64,000 bases of DNA. Source: an uncultured Candidatus Saccharibacteria bacterium. Its GTDB lineage: Bacteria; Patescibacteriota; Saccharimonadia; Saccharimonadales; UBA10212. The notes under the pieces are model-generated. The model made no database searches and had not been told where the DNA came from. It worked only from the letters and a program-made list of their open reading frames with translations. The translations under genes and the position numbers were made by a program. Of this stretch, positions 35,639-45,585 are shown one piece after another. The first letter of the stretch is position 1, and each line of letters begins with the position of its first letter. The stretch lies in NCBI GenBank assembly GCA_964460855.1, contig CAYWQH010000001.1, positions 59,868-123,867 of the forward strand, in the 5' to 3' direction.

Positions 35639-35875
35639 TTAAGCTGCCGGTTCGGCGGGCGGCGGTGCCGGGGTATTACGGCGCGGCATTATGTAGGCGA
35701 TTATCAAAATCAGTAAAAAAGAAAATATGATGCTTAGTAAAAAGAACAGTAAAAAGCTGTAGCCTTTGCGTGAGGCCACCCGAGCCGGCCAGAATGCCAG
35801 CGCCAGCCAAATTAGAATGCCGATTATCAGCCATATTGTTGTCACCGTAGTACTGAGAATTTCTAGAGCGAACAT
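35639..35875 (-). CDS. Small membrane protein
   Basis: 78-aa ORF with two TM helices and a Pro-rich tail. Confidence 0.4.
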   Translation of the reverse strand: MFALEILSTTVTTIWLIIGILIWLALAFWPARVASRKGYSFLLFFLLSIIFSFLLILIIAYIMPRRNTPAPPPAEPAA

Positions 35876-35970
35876 ATTGAACTCCTTGTTTATCTAATTA
35901 TAGCCCTTTTATGGTCGGTTGCGTTAAATTACGTTTTAGCTTATGGTTAAGTTACTCAATCAAAAAGCTT

Positions 35971-38004
35971 ATGAAGCTCGCAAAACCAAAAATAAGCAAT
36001 TCAATTTCAAAAGACTCGGCTTTATCTAAAAAAGGCCTGTTTATATTTGCCGGCGCTTTCGCAATTATCGGCGCTTTTTTGTTAATTAAGAGTTTTGCGG
36101 CAACAACTTTAATTACAAAGTTAGAAGCCGAGCAGATGATATTATCTGCGGGAGAAAAAGTGGTTACAAGCCCCACCGGGTCGGGCGGCAAATCGGTGCA
36201 TTTAAACTACAACGGCAGCGCCACCGGGCAAGTTAGTTTTCCTAGCAGTATTACGTCGCTTACCGTAATGGCTGCCGGTTCGCAGTGTTATGGCGCGCCG
36301 CATATGACACTGAACGTTGACGGGGTGAACCTTTTAACTAATGTATCCGTTACTTCCAGCAGCTGGCAGGCATTCAGCATCGCGCATAACTATGGCGCTG
36401 GCGTTCATACCCTAAAGATTAGTTTTAATAATGACTACGCTAAATCCGGGGTTTGCGACCGGAACCTATACTTGGACGTCACCAGGTTCTACGGCCCAGC
36501 CGTAATTACGCCTCCCCCGACCATATCACTGTCGGCCACCCCAACCAAAGTAAGCACGGGGCAAAGCTCTACCCTAACTTGGAAAGCAACCAACGCAAGT
36601 TCTTGTACGGCCAGCGGATCATGGAACGGCGCTGTGCCAACCTCGGGTTCACAAAGTACCGGCGCGCTTAATGTTGCGTCAACTTATTCCCTGGCCTGTA
36701 CCGGCAGCGGTGGAACGGCCAAAGCATCAGTGACAGTTTCGATAGGCACGGCCGCGCCGCCGCCCTCATCTAATTCTTATATACCGACGTATTACGTTAG
36801 CGCCAACGGAAGTGACTCAAACAGCGGTACCTCGGCCGCGTCGCCGTGGCGGACTATAGCCAAAGCTAAAAGCGTGTGCATGTCGCCAGGCCAGGTAATT
36901 GCCTTTGAAGGCGGCCAAACATATAATGACACCTGGTTCGGACCGCGCTGTATGGGCACGGTATCAGCCCCGATAGTTGTTACCAGTTATGGTACGGGCC
37001 GGGCGGAAATTGCCGGCGGCGTTTGGTTAGACGGCGGTACCCACAATATAACTTTTGACGACCTCGATTTTACCGATTCAGCAAGCGGCATTATCGCGTC
37101 TTGCGGCAGCTGTAGTGCCAACCCCACCTACGATATAATCATTCAAAATTCTATTATCCACGACACGCCCAGTACAGGGTTGCAATGTAACCCTAACGAC
37201 CACAACTGGCTGATCCGCCATAATACTTTCCGCCACATCGGCGATTCCGGGCTAATTACTTACTACTGCCGCGATATCGTCATAACCGGCAACACCATTA
37301 ATGACACCGGCTGGAACGCTGCCATTACTTACGGCAAGCACGGCATTTATTCTAAATCGGTAGGTTCAGAAATTAGCTACAACGACATTTCCGGCAATGC
37401 CGGCGGCGGCGCCGTATCAATCCGTACGCACGGCCAGCGCATTTTTGGTAACGCGCTGCACGATACCATGTACCCGCTGGCTTTCTTTAACTACGACAAT
37501 AAAGCGCAAGACCCGGGCGTTGCGACGTACATTTACTACAACCGCATGTGGAATATCGGCGGCTACGGTTTCTATTACGATAACGGCCTCGACCCTTCCG
37601 GCCAAGTTTCCACTGTAAACTTCGTAATCGCCAACAATACATTCGTTTTCAATAATGCCTCAGAAGGCTTTAACTTCTCATTAACGCCCAGTACCGCCCA
37701 CGTAACGTTCGCCAATAACATAGCTACCGGTACTTTCGGTAACGCCTTCAGGACCTGCCCTACTTGCAGCGAATACAACAACATTTGGAATGGCGGCGCT
37801 TCGATGCCGCACGGCACAGGTGATATTGTAGCCAACCCGCTGGTTGGCGGCGCGCCCGGCTTGGCCCTGCCCAGCAACTCACCGGCAATCGACCGCGGCA
37901 GTTTGTCGGTTCCCGGTTTAAGTTATACGGTTAGCGCCGACGGCGCGCCGCTGCATTACCAAAGTTCGGCTCCCGATATGGGCGCCGTCGAATCGCCCTA
38001 CTAG
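35971..38004 (+). CDS. Secreted protein: CBM-like module, Ig-like domain and right-handed beta-helix
   Basis: Signal anchor ending in SFAAT. About 130 aa of beta-sandwich (EAEQM..), an Ig-like LSATPTKVSTGQSSTLTWKATNASSC segment, and repeated beta-helix turns (NSIIHDT, ITGNTINDTG, IFGNALHDT). Confidence 0.65.
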   Translation: MKLAKPKISNSISKDSALSKKGLFIFAGAFAIIGAFLLIKSFAATTLITKLEAEQMILSAGEKVVTSPTGSGGKSVHLNYNGSATGQVSFPSSITSLTVMAAGSQCYGAPHMTLNVDGVNLLTNVSVTSSSWQAFSIAHNYGAGVHTLKISFNNDYAKSGVCDRNLYLDVTRFYGPAVITPPPTISLSATPTKVSTGQSSTLTWKATNASSCTASGSWNGAVPTSGSQSTGALNVASTYSLACTGSGGTAKASVTVSIGTAAPPPSSNSYIPTYYVSANGSDSNSGTSAASPWRTIAKAKSVCMSPGQVIAFEGGQTYNDTWFGPRCMGTVSAPIVVTSYGTGRAEIAGGVWLDGGTHNITFDDLDFTDSASGIIASCGSCSANPTYDIIIQNSIIHDTPSTGLQCNPNDHNWLIRHNTFRHIGDSGLITYYCRDIVITGNTINDTGWNAAITYGKHGIYSKSVGSEISYNDISGNAGGGAVSIRTHGQRIFGNALHDTMYPLAFFNYDNKAQDPGVATYIYYNRMWNIGGYGFYYDNGLDPSGQVSTVNFVIANNTFVFNNASEGFNFSLTPSTAHVTFANNIATGTFGNAFRTCPTCSEYNNIWNGGASMPHGTGDIVANPLVGGAPGLALPSNSPAIDRGSLSVPGLSYTVSADGAPLHYQSSAPDMGAVESPY

Positions 38005-38119
38005 ATTCTTATATATTCGCGGAAGCGAAACGGTACTAAGACAATCAATTGCTTATACATTCCAATTGACATTCACCCCTGTTCATCAGACAATACGAAT
38101 ATCAATATAAGGAGTTAAT

Positions 38120-38524
38120 ATGAGCGCAAAAAACGAAACAACTAGCGGTTGGGTAGGCTGGATTGGCTTTGCCGGCTTAATGCTTTTACTGGCTGGTTTT
38201 TTCCACGTAATCGCCGGTTTCGTAGCCTTGTTTAAAGACGACGTATACATTAGGTCCAGTTCTAACCTATGGATTTTCGATTACAGCCAATGGGGCTGGA
38301 TCCACATCTTAGGCGGAATATTGGCTATCATTGCCGCCGGCTCTTTGGCCCAAGGCAATTTGTACGGCCGCACTTTTGCGATCGTAGTAGCTCTGGCAAG
38401 CGCTGTTGCCAATATGGCATTCGTGCCGGTCTACCCGATCTGGTCAATTTTGATCATCACCATCGACGTGCTGGTCATTTGGGCAGTTATGGCCCACGGC
38501 AACGAAGTCCGCAACTTGCGCTAA
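38120..38524 (+). CDS. Hypothetical 4-TM membrane protein
   Basis: 134-aa ORF with AAGGAG upstream, followed by a hairpin and T-run at about 38545-38567. Confidence 0.5.
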   Translation: MSAKNETTSGWVGWIGFAGLMLLLAGFFHVIAGFVALFKDDVYIRSSSNLWIFDYSQWGWIHILGGILAIIAAGSLAQGNLYGRTFAIVVALASAVANMAFVPVYPIWSILIITIDVLVIWAVMAHGNEVRNLR

Positions 38525-38597
38525 CACTAGCGCGTAGATTTAAGGGGGCCCCTTTGGGGCTCTTTTAATTTAACTTGCAATACCAATTTGGATTAAG

Positions 38598-40034
38598 TTG
38601 ATATTATTAATAGATATGGAGCACCTGGTAATAGCCCATGCATTTGGGCAACGTTATGAATTACCTATTTCATTAAAGCTCTTTTTGCTGGGCGGCGCGG
38701 CCGTAGTTTTTTTAACCTTCTTATTAATCATCCAGAAAAAAGTCAGTTCCAGGCCGGTAAAAACTAAAGAAGAAATTCACATAAAGGACTTTAGCTGGCC
38801 CTGGGCGGCGATATCTTTTGCTCTGTTTGCGCTTTTTGCGGCTGCAGGTATTTTTGGCTCGCAGGAAATTCCGGAAAATATCGTACCCACAGCGTTTTGG
38901 CTGGTCATTTGGATAGCCGTTCCGCTGGCCTGCGGCGTGCTTGGCAACTGGACCCAGCGGCTAAATCCGTTCGTGGCCATCGCCCAATTAGCTGACAGTA
39001 ATAAGTTCCGTAAACTAATTCTAAATGGCGAAATGCCTATAAAGTGGCCGCATAAACTAGGTTGGTGGCCGGCGGCCGTTCTTTTTTTCCTGATTGCCTG
39101 CGGCGAACTTATTTTTAACGAAACGGCCATCCGGCCGGAAGTAACGGCCATTGCCCTGCTGCTTTACTTTATAGCCAGCGCTTTGCTGGGTTTGGTTTTC
39201 GGCCGGAACTGGCTGCAGCGCGGCGAAGTTTTCCACGTACTGTTTTCTACCTGGGGCAAGCTCGGCATTTTCCGCTTTGGTTCCCCGGGCAAAACCGGCT
39301 TTGCAGGCGGGCTGGAAGTGCCTTTCGAAACTTCGGTCAGCCGCGTGGCATTTGTGCTGCTGCTTCTAATCAGCGTTAGCTTTGACGGCCTGCTTTCCAC
39401 TCCGCTTTGGACCCGGTTCGACCGTCACCTGCCGGGTGCTTTCGCGGTCGGTACAATGAACTACCGCTTGCTCCAAACCCTGATTTTTATAGCACTGGCA
39501 GTAATTATCTGGCTGTTTTTTATGGCGATGGCCGGGCTGGTAAACAAGGCAGGCAAACATGGCTTAAGCAGAACAGCTGAGCTTGCCGGCTTATTGCCGT
39601 CTTTACTGCCAATATCTTTCGGCTATTTATTAGCCCATAACATTGAGTATTTAATAGTTAACGGGCAGCTGCTGTTTCCGCTGGCCGGCAACCCGGTAGG
39701 CAAAGAAAGCTGGCCGCTGCACTTGCCCTACCCGTTTAATGATTCTTTCGAAGTGCATATACATTTACTGCCAAGCAGCTTTTACTGGTACTTTGCGGTT
39801 TTCGTGATTGTGCTGGTGCATGTCGTGGCTGTTATATTAGCCCACCGGCATTTGGGCTCGCTAACAAAAAATGCCGGCTTAGCCCGCCGTTCGGAATATC
39901 CATGGATTGCCGCCATGGTAGCCTATACAATCCTAAGTTTGTGGCTGCTGGCCCAACCGCTGATTAAAGAAAAAAGCCATGGCGCGGAAGCGTCAATCCG
40001 TTCTTGCCCTAAAATTTCTATTGCCCAACTATGA
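38598..40034 (+). CDS. Hypothetical polytopic membrane protein (about 12 TM helices)
   Basis: 478-aa ORF, first gene of a translationally coupled trio. No motif I can name. Confidence 0.5.
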   Translation: MILLIDMEHLVIAHAFGQRYELPISLKLFLLGGAAVVFLTFLLIIQKKVSSRPVKTKEEIHIKDFSWPWAAISFALFALFAAAGIFGSQEIPENIVPTAFWLVIWIAVPLACGVLGNWTQRLNPFVAIAQLADSNKFRKLILNGEMPIKWPHKLGWWPAAVLFFLIACGELIFNETAIRPEVTAIALLLYFIASALLGLVFGRNWLQRGEVFHVLFSTWGKLGIFRFGSPGKTGFAGGLEVPFETSVSRVAFVLLLLISVSFDGLLSTPLWTRFDRHLPGAFAVGTMNYRLLQTLIFIALAVIIWLFFMAMAGLVNKAGKHGLSRTAELAGLLPSLLPISFGYLLAHNIEYLIVNGQLLFPLAGNPVGKESWPLHLPYPFNDSFEVHIHLLPSSFYWYFAVFVIVLVHVVAVILAHRHLGSLTKNAGLARRSEYPWIAAMVAYTILSLWLLAQPLIKEKSHGAEASIRSCPKISIAQL

Positions 40035-40777
40035 ATTTAAAATCTAAAACCAAGTTTGTTTTACTGGCCGGCATTTTAGTAATAGCCGTGTCCTTTATTA
40101 ATGGCAAAGCCGTGCCGATTTACGACGGCTTGGGCCAGCCCGACGAACCTTACCGCTATGTAGCGCCGCCGGCCTCGCAAAAAAACCCTGCACCGCCGCC
40201 AACCGACGCCAACGAAACTTTCACCCCCGACAAAATTAATGGCGATATAAATGGCGTATTTATAGTAAGCAAAGAAAGCGGGCCGCAAATATCTTTTAAT
40301 TTGAGCCAGAACTCGGTAATATTTTCGGCCGGAGCCAAAAGCGTCAATTTTAAAGCGGAGCCCTTGGCACCGACCGACCAGCCGAACGACGGCACTATCG
40401 ACGGCAATGTTTACCGTTTAACGATGACTCCAGACGGCGGTAGCGTAAGCTTTGCGCCAAACAGCAGCAGCGTTTTCAAATACGTCGATATGCGTTTGCC
40501 CCAAAACTTTCCGCCTGGGGCAATAATCGAGCATAAACCGGAAACAGGCAGCGGCTGGCAAAAACTTCAAACTAACCAAGTCGGCCAGGATATATACGAG
40601 GCCAGGTTCGAACAAACCGGCGACTTTGCCATGGTTACTCCACATAAAGCTACGGGCAGCAACGGCCAAAAACATAAAAATAAAACGCCGCTTTATATAG
40701 GCGAGGCGGCAATTGTAGTGGCTATCGCGGCAGTGATAATAGCGATCCGGTATATGAACCGGCAGGATAAAGCATGA
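40031..40777 (+). CDS. Secreted protein with C-terminal TM anchor
   Basis: Signal peptide, Pro-rich segment, C-terminal TM helix. ATGA overlaps at both ends. Confidence 0.5.
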   Translation: MNLKSKTKFVLLAGILVIAVSFINGKAVPIYDGLGQPDEPYRYVAPPASQKNPAPPPTDANETFTPDKINGDINGVFIVSKESGPQISFNLSQNSVIFSAGAKSVNFKAEPLAPTDQPNDGTIDGNVYRLTMTPDGGSVSFAPNSSSVFKYVDMRLPQNFPPGAIIEHKPETGSGWQKLQTNQVGQDIYEARFEQTGDFAMVTPHKATGSNGQKHKNKTPLYIGEAAIVVAIAAVIIAIRYMNRQDKA

Positions 40778-41367
40778 GCACTGCAATAAAGTCCATGGCC
40801 CCGCCATTAAAATACCCGGCATTATTTTCTTTAGTTTTAATTTTGGGTTTTGCGGCGGCAGTTTTGCTAAGAGTTTTAGTGGGTGGCAACAACGCGGCTT
40901 TTTCTGTACCGGCCGCCCTGGTATTCGCCGGATGTTTAATGCTATTTACTTTCGCCTCTAAAACTAAATTAAAGTTCAACAACAAGGTTATTTTCATTGG
41001 CCTAGCCGGCGGTTTATTTTTATGCTTGCCGGCGGTAATACTAAAAATAACCGGCTCGAGCGTTAACTATAGTTATGGCGGCTTCGCTAACTGGGCCGTT
41101 GTTGCCGTTGTTGTTGCCCTTGCCGAAGAAGCTTTTTTGCGCGGCGCGCTTTACGACGCGGTAAATAAATGGCGGGGCGAAAAAGCAGCCATAGTTATAG
41201 CTGCTTTATTATTTGCAGCGCTACACATCCCGCTATATGGCTGGCGGGTAGTGCCGCTGGATTTTGCCGTTGGCCTTTGGCTTGGAGCATTGCGCTCTAT
41301 TAGCGGAACTTTCGTAGCTCCGGCCATTGCCCACTCCATCGCCGACTTGGCTTCCTGGTGGATATAA
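40774..41367 (+). CDS. CPBP family (CAAX/Abi-type) intramembrane glutamic protease
   Basis: EEAFLRGALYD, FAALH and AHSIADL motifs in TM helices. Confidence 0.8.
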   Translation: MSTAIKSMAPPLKYPALFSLVLILGFAAAVLLRVLVGGNNAAFSVPAALVFAGCLMLFTFASKTKLKFNNKVIFIGLAGGLFLCLPAVILKITGSSVNYSYGGFANWAVVAVVVALAEEAFLRGALYDAVNKWRGEKAAIVIAALLFAALHIPLYGWRVVPLDFAVGLWLGALRSISGTFVAPAIAHSIADLASWWI

Positions 41368-41413
41368 AATAGGGCTCCTGAGAGCCCTATTAAATAATTT
41401 GTGTTAGTTATTT

Positions 41414-42340
41414 TTAATGTACTTGCAGGTTTCCGCTGGTAATAGTGAAAGGCCCGCCGCCTGGAGTAGCCATTGTTGCAACTGCATTTTTAGCAGCGGC
41501 ATCGCTGGCGATTACTTGGCCCCAAATTTGATCATGGCCAATGCCGGGCTCACCGTTATCGGTTACTTTGATGAAAATCCATGTGCCGATTCCGAAGTTT
41601 CCAGAAGTAGTAGGCCCTGCGAACCAGGAACTGTTACCCGAAACATTTACATACTTAACATCCATGACGTAGTTGATGCCATTTGCATCTGAGTAAGTAA
41701 AGTTTCCTTTACCGGTACAGCCAGTATCAGCTACCATTTTTGCAGTTCCTGCTGTTGCTGACCATTCTCCGCTTCGTGAGCCACCCAGGTAATTGTCAGT
41801 CCAAGTTCCACTCATAGCACCATTTGATGCTATGGTGCCATTAACTATCATTGTAGTTAATGGCGTAACGGCATCGGCACCAAACGTATAGTCTGCAGTA
41901 AACGTAATTGTATTGCCGGTTACTGACCCTGAAGTAATAGTCCACTCATATTGGTGTGGTCCCACTATTGGAAAGTAGCCTGAACCACTAACTGATCCAC
42001 CAGTTTGAGTTAGCGATGCCGCGTGCGTATACATAGTCGCATCGTTGTGTAAGTTAAATGCTAAGTTGTAATTACCTGATACATCCCATTTCGAAGTACA
42101 CGATGTAGAAGTGGCAATTGCGTTAAAGTCATCATATGCTTGGGCGCCGCTGTTAGACCAGCCAATACCGCCGGTTGCCTTAGGCGCTGCAGCCGGCACA
42201 TTTGCAGGCTTTGCTGCAAGTGCTGGTACTGCTACCCCAGCTGCTAAAACCGTTGTTGCTATCCCTGTCGCCAAATATTTTTTGGAGTTTGTCTTGATTT
42301 TGGTCACGCCACCACGTACCGAATACCTGTATTTTCCCAT
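41414..42340 (-). CDS. Secreted hypothetical protein
   Basis: 308-aa ORF with a signal peptide (..AAGVAVPALAAKP) and a Gly/Ser/Thr-rich beta-type sequence. Confidence 0.5.
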   Translation of the reverse strand: MGKYRYSVRGGVTKIKTNSKKYLATGIATTVLAAGVAVPALAAKPANVPAAAPKATGGIGWSNSGAQAYDDFNAIATSTSCTSKWDVSGNYNLAFNLHNDATMYTHAASLTQTGGSVSGSGYFPIVGPHQYEWTITSGSVTGNTITFTADYTFGADAVTPLTTMIVNGTIASNGAMSGTWTDNYLGGSRSGEWSATAGTAKMVADTGCTGKGNFTYSDANGINYVMDVKYVNVSGNSSWFAGPTTSGNFGIGTWIFIKVTDNGEPGIGHDQIWGQVIASDAAAKNAVATMATPGGGPFTITSGNLQVH

Positions 42341-42516
42341 TCCTTATGCTCCCTAGTTAGTAACTACATTATGACATTTATTCCGCATCTCTGCTAATGT
42401 TTAAAAGACGAAGACGGAAAAGTTTACGTTGAATTTTATTGGGCAGCCTTAATTTTCGGCCTGGTACTGAGTATCTCATTGACGATTTTTCTGAATATAA
42501 TTTTCTAGTTGGCCAA

Positions 42517-42912
42517 TTACTTAACTACGATAGTACCGCGCATTGAGGGGTGGATACTGCAGTGGTATTGGAATGACCCGGTTTTATTAAAAGTAAAGCT
42601 GTAGGTTTGGCCTGGTTCAATATTGCCGCTTTTTGGTCCGTCTACATTCGATAAATCATCTACGACGGTGTGCGTCGTAGTGTCGTTGTTTGTCCAGGTA
42701 ACGGTGCCGCCTTTAGCCACGGTTATCTGCGAAGGCGTAAAAATCATATTCTTAATATCTATGCTTCCGGTTGATGCGCTTTGGTTTTGTGATGACGAAT
42801 TGGAATTTTGAGAGCCGGTAGTAGCCGGCTGCGAGTTATTTGATTTGCGCGTTAAGGCGATTGCCCCGCCAATGACCACAACGGCAATAATTATAATTAC
42901 TAGCTTTTTCAC
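42517..42912 (-). CDS. Cupredoxin (plastocyanin/amicyanin-like blue copper protein), membrane-anchored
   Basis: N-terminal anchor. H at TTHTVV plus a C-terminal YHCSIHPSMRGTIVV (Cys-His-Met type 1 copper ligand pattern). Confidence 0.75.
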   Translation of the reverse strand: MKKLVIIIIAVVVIGGAIALTRKSNNSQPATTGSQNSNSSSQNQSASTGSIDIKNMIFTPSQITVAKGGTVTWTNNDTTTHTVVDDLSNVDGPKSGNIEPGQTYSFTFNKTGSFQYHCSIHPSMRGTIVVK

Positions 42913-43042
42913 TTAAAGCTCCTTGGATTATTTGCTTAGTATAGAACTTTTCCGTTGCGTTAACTGTGAAGTTTTTTGCTAAGAAAAAGCCCTCATTCAA
43001 AGGGCTTTAGCTATGATATTTATTGGTTGGTGCTCTTTTGGC

Positions 43043-43117
43043 CTAAAGGCAGCCGCGGCGGCGCTGGCGCCTGCGGGCTCCGGCGATAGAAACTGGTGTG
43101 AGTGGTCTTCCGATCAT
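43043..43117 (-). CDS. Possible 24-aa Arg-rich ORF (truncated counterpart of the SHOCT-protein N-terminus?)
   Basis: MIGRPLTPVSIAGARRRQRRRGCL. AAGGAG lies 6 nt upstream. Followed by a terminator at 42981-43010. Same position relative to the paralogue as 33820-34068. Confidence 0.25.
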   Translation of the reverse strand: MIGRPLTPVSIAGARRRQRRRGCL

Positions 43118-43137
43118 ATGATTCTCCTTATTTATTC

Positions 43138-43566
43138 TTACTTTATTTGCGCGATGTCTTCAACTGCAGCTGCTGCTTTTTCAGGATGTATACGGCCCTC
43201 GTCCAATAAAACCGCGTCTTTATCCAATAACGCCTTTTTCAGGCCTTTAGCCCAAAGCTGTTCAATTACTAAGACTCCGGCGGAAGTGTCGTTCTCCATT
43301 TTACTGCCAAGTTTTTCGATATCAGATTCAGTCATAAGTGGCATATCATCTTCATGCCCTAATATCTTCGCGACTTCTTTTAAATCTTCGTCCTGGTCTT
43401 GAACTTCGGCCATTGCTATGGTGCCGTCTTTATCTTTTATAACAAATACTAAATCCACGATTCTTATAACGCCGCTCTCAACGGCCTTGGCTAATTCTTT
43501 TAAAACGCTGCCGTCAAAGTTGTTACCCTTGAATCCCACAACTATATAATCTATCGGTCCTAACAT
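43138..43566 (-). CDS. DUF6325-like small protein, paralogue of 33396-33806
   Basis: MLGPIDYIVVGFKGNNFDGS..TSAGVLVIEQLWA..EGRIHP aligns along its full length with 33396-33806. Confidence 0.6.
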   Translation of the reverse strand: MLGPIDYIVVGFKGNNFDGSVLKELAKAVESGVIRIVDLVFVIKDKDGTIAMAEVQDQDEDLKEVAKILGHEDDMPLMTESDIEKLGSKMENDTSAGVLVIEQLWAKGLKKALLDKDAVLLDEGRIHPEKAAAAVEDIAQIK

Positions 43567-43686
43567 TTGCTCTCCTTTTTAATAATTTCCGCGAACAATT
43601 CTACTCCCAACTCTTACGTTATTTTAAGTGTGCGCTTATTATTGAATGTTGGCAAAAGATAATGATTTTAAAAATGATGACCAGCT

Positions 43687-44013
43687 TTAGAGTACAAAGA
43701 GGTTTATGGAAACCGGTTCAGCGCAAGCACCTGCTAATTTACTGGGTACTATAATATCGCCAAGCTTTATAGTCTTATCCGCGGATATTTCGGATACTTT
43801 GCTGTCAAATTCAGCTTTGCCACCGGTAATTAACCGGTAATTATAATTAAATGGCTGGCTATAACCTATGCACACGCAGCTGCTAATTTTACCACTATTA
43901 ACTTGGCAGTTTTTAAAACCGGTAACCTTTTTTACAGGTATAAAGTGCAGTAGGCAAATACAAATAATTAGAATTGCTGTTGTGCTAATAATTATTTTTC
44001 GCCGGCGGGCCAT
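43687..44013 (-). CDS. Hypothetical protein with N-terminal TM/signal
   Basis: 108-aa ORF, no motif. Confidence 0.35.
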   Translation of the reverse strand: MARRRKIIISTTAILIICICLLHFIPVKKVTGFKNCQVNSGKISSCVCIGYSQPFNYNYRLITGGKAEFDSKVSEISADKTIKLGDIIVPSKLAGACAEPVSINLFVL

Positions 44014-44088
44014 ATTAGCTTAAGCATAGCAAACTTCATGACCCCGATAATAAAAAGGTACCGAAAAGATAATTACAGGCTAATTATT

Positions 44089-44397
44089 TTATTTATTGCT
44101 AAAAATATCTTCTAAAGATGAAGGTGATTGCTTGCGAAGTTCTTTAGCGAACTCGATTCCACTTACAGCGGCGCCAAATAATAGCCCGATTTCCAGAACT
44201 TCAATAACCATATATTCACTTTCATGAGCATTATCAATTTCGGATACGCAAGCTTTTGCTTGGCTCGGATCTTGATTATGGCATTCAATTTTTTCGCGGG
44301 CTAACGTTTCGTTAAGAGACTTATCCAGTTCAAAAGCGCCAAAAGATCCGGCAACAAATAGGCCGGTAGCTAAAGCAGCAGTTCTTAACTTATTCAT
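44089..44397 (-). CDS. Hypothetical secreted protein
   Basis: 102-aa ORF with a signal peptide (MNKLRTAALATGLFVAGSFGA). Confidence 0.4.
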   Translation of the reverse strand: MNKLRTAALATGLFVAGSFGAFELDKSLNETLAREKIECHNQDPSQAKACVSEIDNAHESEYMVIEVLEIGLLFGAAVSGIEFAKELRKQSPSSLEDIFSNK

Positions 44398-44498
44398 ATA
44401 ACTCCTAAAAGTAACTTAGCAAGAGCATATTTTAACACTTAATAGATAGTTTTTCAATTGCTGCATTGGGGGGAGAACAACGCACATCTGCAGTCGTG

Positions 44499-44741
44499 TT
44501 ATTTGTTCTTAAATCCAAAATATAAAGCTAAAATAAATAGCAGCGGCAAAGCAATTAAGCTAATTAAAAACAAATCATAAAAGAAAACGTCAGCACCATT
44601 CCCGTTACCATTAAATACATCTGAATATTTTGTGGTTTTGCTGCCAATCAGATCTAAAATTAGAAGTCCTGTAAAAAATAAACCTAGCCAATGATACTTC
44701 TTCATAAGCATAAGCATAACAAAGTATAAATTTTTTGGCAT
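44499..44741 (-). CDS. Hypothetical small membrane protein
   Basis: 80-aa ORF with two TM helices. Confidence 0.35.
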   Translation of the reverse strand: MPKNLYFVMLMLMKKYHWLGLFFTGLLILDLIGSKTTKYSDVFNGNGNGADVFFYDLFLISLIALPLLFILALYFGFKNK

Positions 44742-44825
44742 CGGGGGCCGGTCTACTTAAGGCTCCTCACTTTGACAGCTCATGGTTTACCATGAGCGAG
44801 GCTCGATACGTCGAGCCGAGTCGAA

Positions 44826-44901
44826 TGGTGGGGATGCCTGGACTTGAACCAGGGACCAATCGGTTATGAGCCGACTGCTCTAACCACTGAGCTACATCCC
44901 C
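44826..44901 (-). tRNA. tRNA-Ile2 (anticodon CAU, lysidine-dependent type), CCA encoded
   Basis: Reverse complement is GGGGATG/TA/GCTC-AGTGGTTA-GAGC/A/GTCGG-CTCATAA-CCGAT/TGGTC/CCTGG-TTCAAGT-CCAGG/CATCCCC/A/CCA. The body closely resembles E. coli ileX, and tilS is present in the window. Confidence 0.8.
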
Positions 44902-44957
44902 TTGGCTAACAGATCAGATTATAGCAGTTTGGTTAATTAATTTATACTGTTAATGGT

Positions 44958-45440
44958 ATGCTCGACAAAGCCCAGGATTTACTGCAGCACGAACGCGTAA
45001 AACAATTTACCGATATCCGTAATGTCGGTTTGTACGTATTCGCCTTGCTGGTTATAGCTACTACCTGGAGCGGCGTGCATACCGTAGAAGATAACTTTAC
45101 GCTGCAGCAAAAAATTAACCGTATCGCAGAAGAAAATAAAGTGCTGCAGCTGCAAAACGAAAACGCCGCCCTGCAAAATAAATACCTGGACAGCGAGCAA
45201 TACCTAGACTTGTCGGCCCGCCGTCAATTCGGCCTGGCCGCCCCTGGCGAAACGTTAATAACAATCCCCAAAGACGTAGCGATGAAATATGTAAGTGCGC
45301 AGCCGCAGCAAGCGGCCGGCGCAGCGGCTACGACAGCCAAAACGCAGCCCAAATATATCCAAAATTTCGAAGCCTGGCGTGACCTGCTAATGGGCCGCGG
45401 CCTCAACGCCTCCATTGACAAAACAGATCAAACTAACTAA
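44958..45440 (+). CDS. Septum formation initiator family protein (FtsB/DivIC-like)
   Basis: TM helix followed by the coiled coil NRIAEENKVLQLQNENAALQNKYLDSEQYLDLSARRQFGLAAPGE. Confidence 0.7.
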   Translation: MLDKAQDLLQHERVKQFTDIRNVGLYVFALLVIATTWSGVHTVEDNFTLQQKINRIAEENKVLQLQNENAALQNKYLDSEQYLDLSARRQFGLAAPGETLITIPKDVAMKYVSAQPQQAAGAAATTAKTQPKYIQNFEAWRDLLMGRGLNASIDKTDQTN

Positions 45441-45585
45441 AATTCATCATCGTTAACAGATAAGTTCGTTTGCAGCTCATAGCAATAGGGAAAAAGAGCA
45501 GCGAGCTTGGTCCCGAAGTTTACGAGGGACTCAGCTTTGCTGACGAGCGATGAGAAAAAACCGTCAGGTTTTGTCTCATTATTAC

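Noticed and set aside
43013-43402. A 129-aa plus-strand ORF.
   Set aside because: It is antisense to the DUF6325-like paralogue, which is supported by full-length similarity to 33396-33806.
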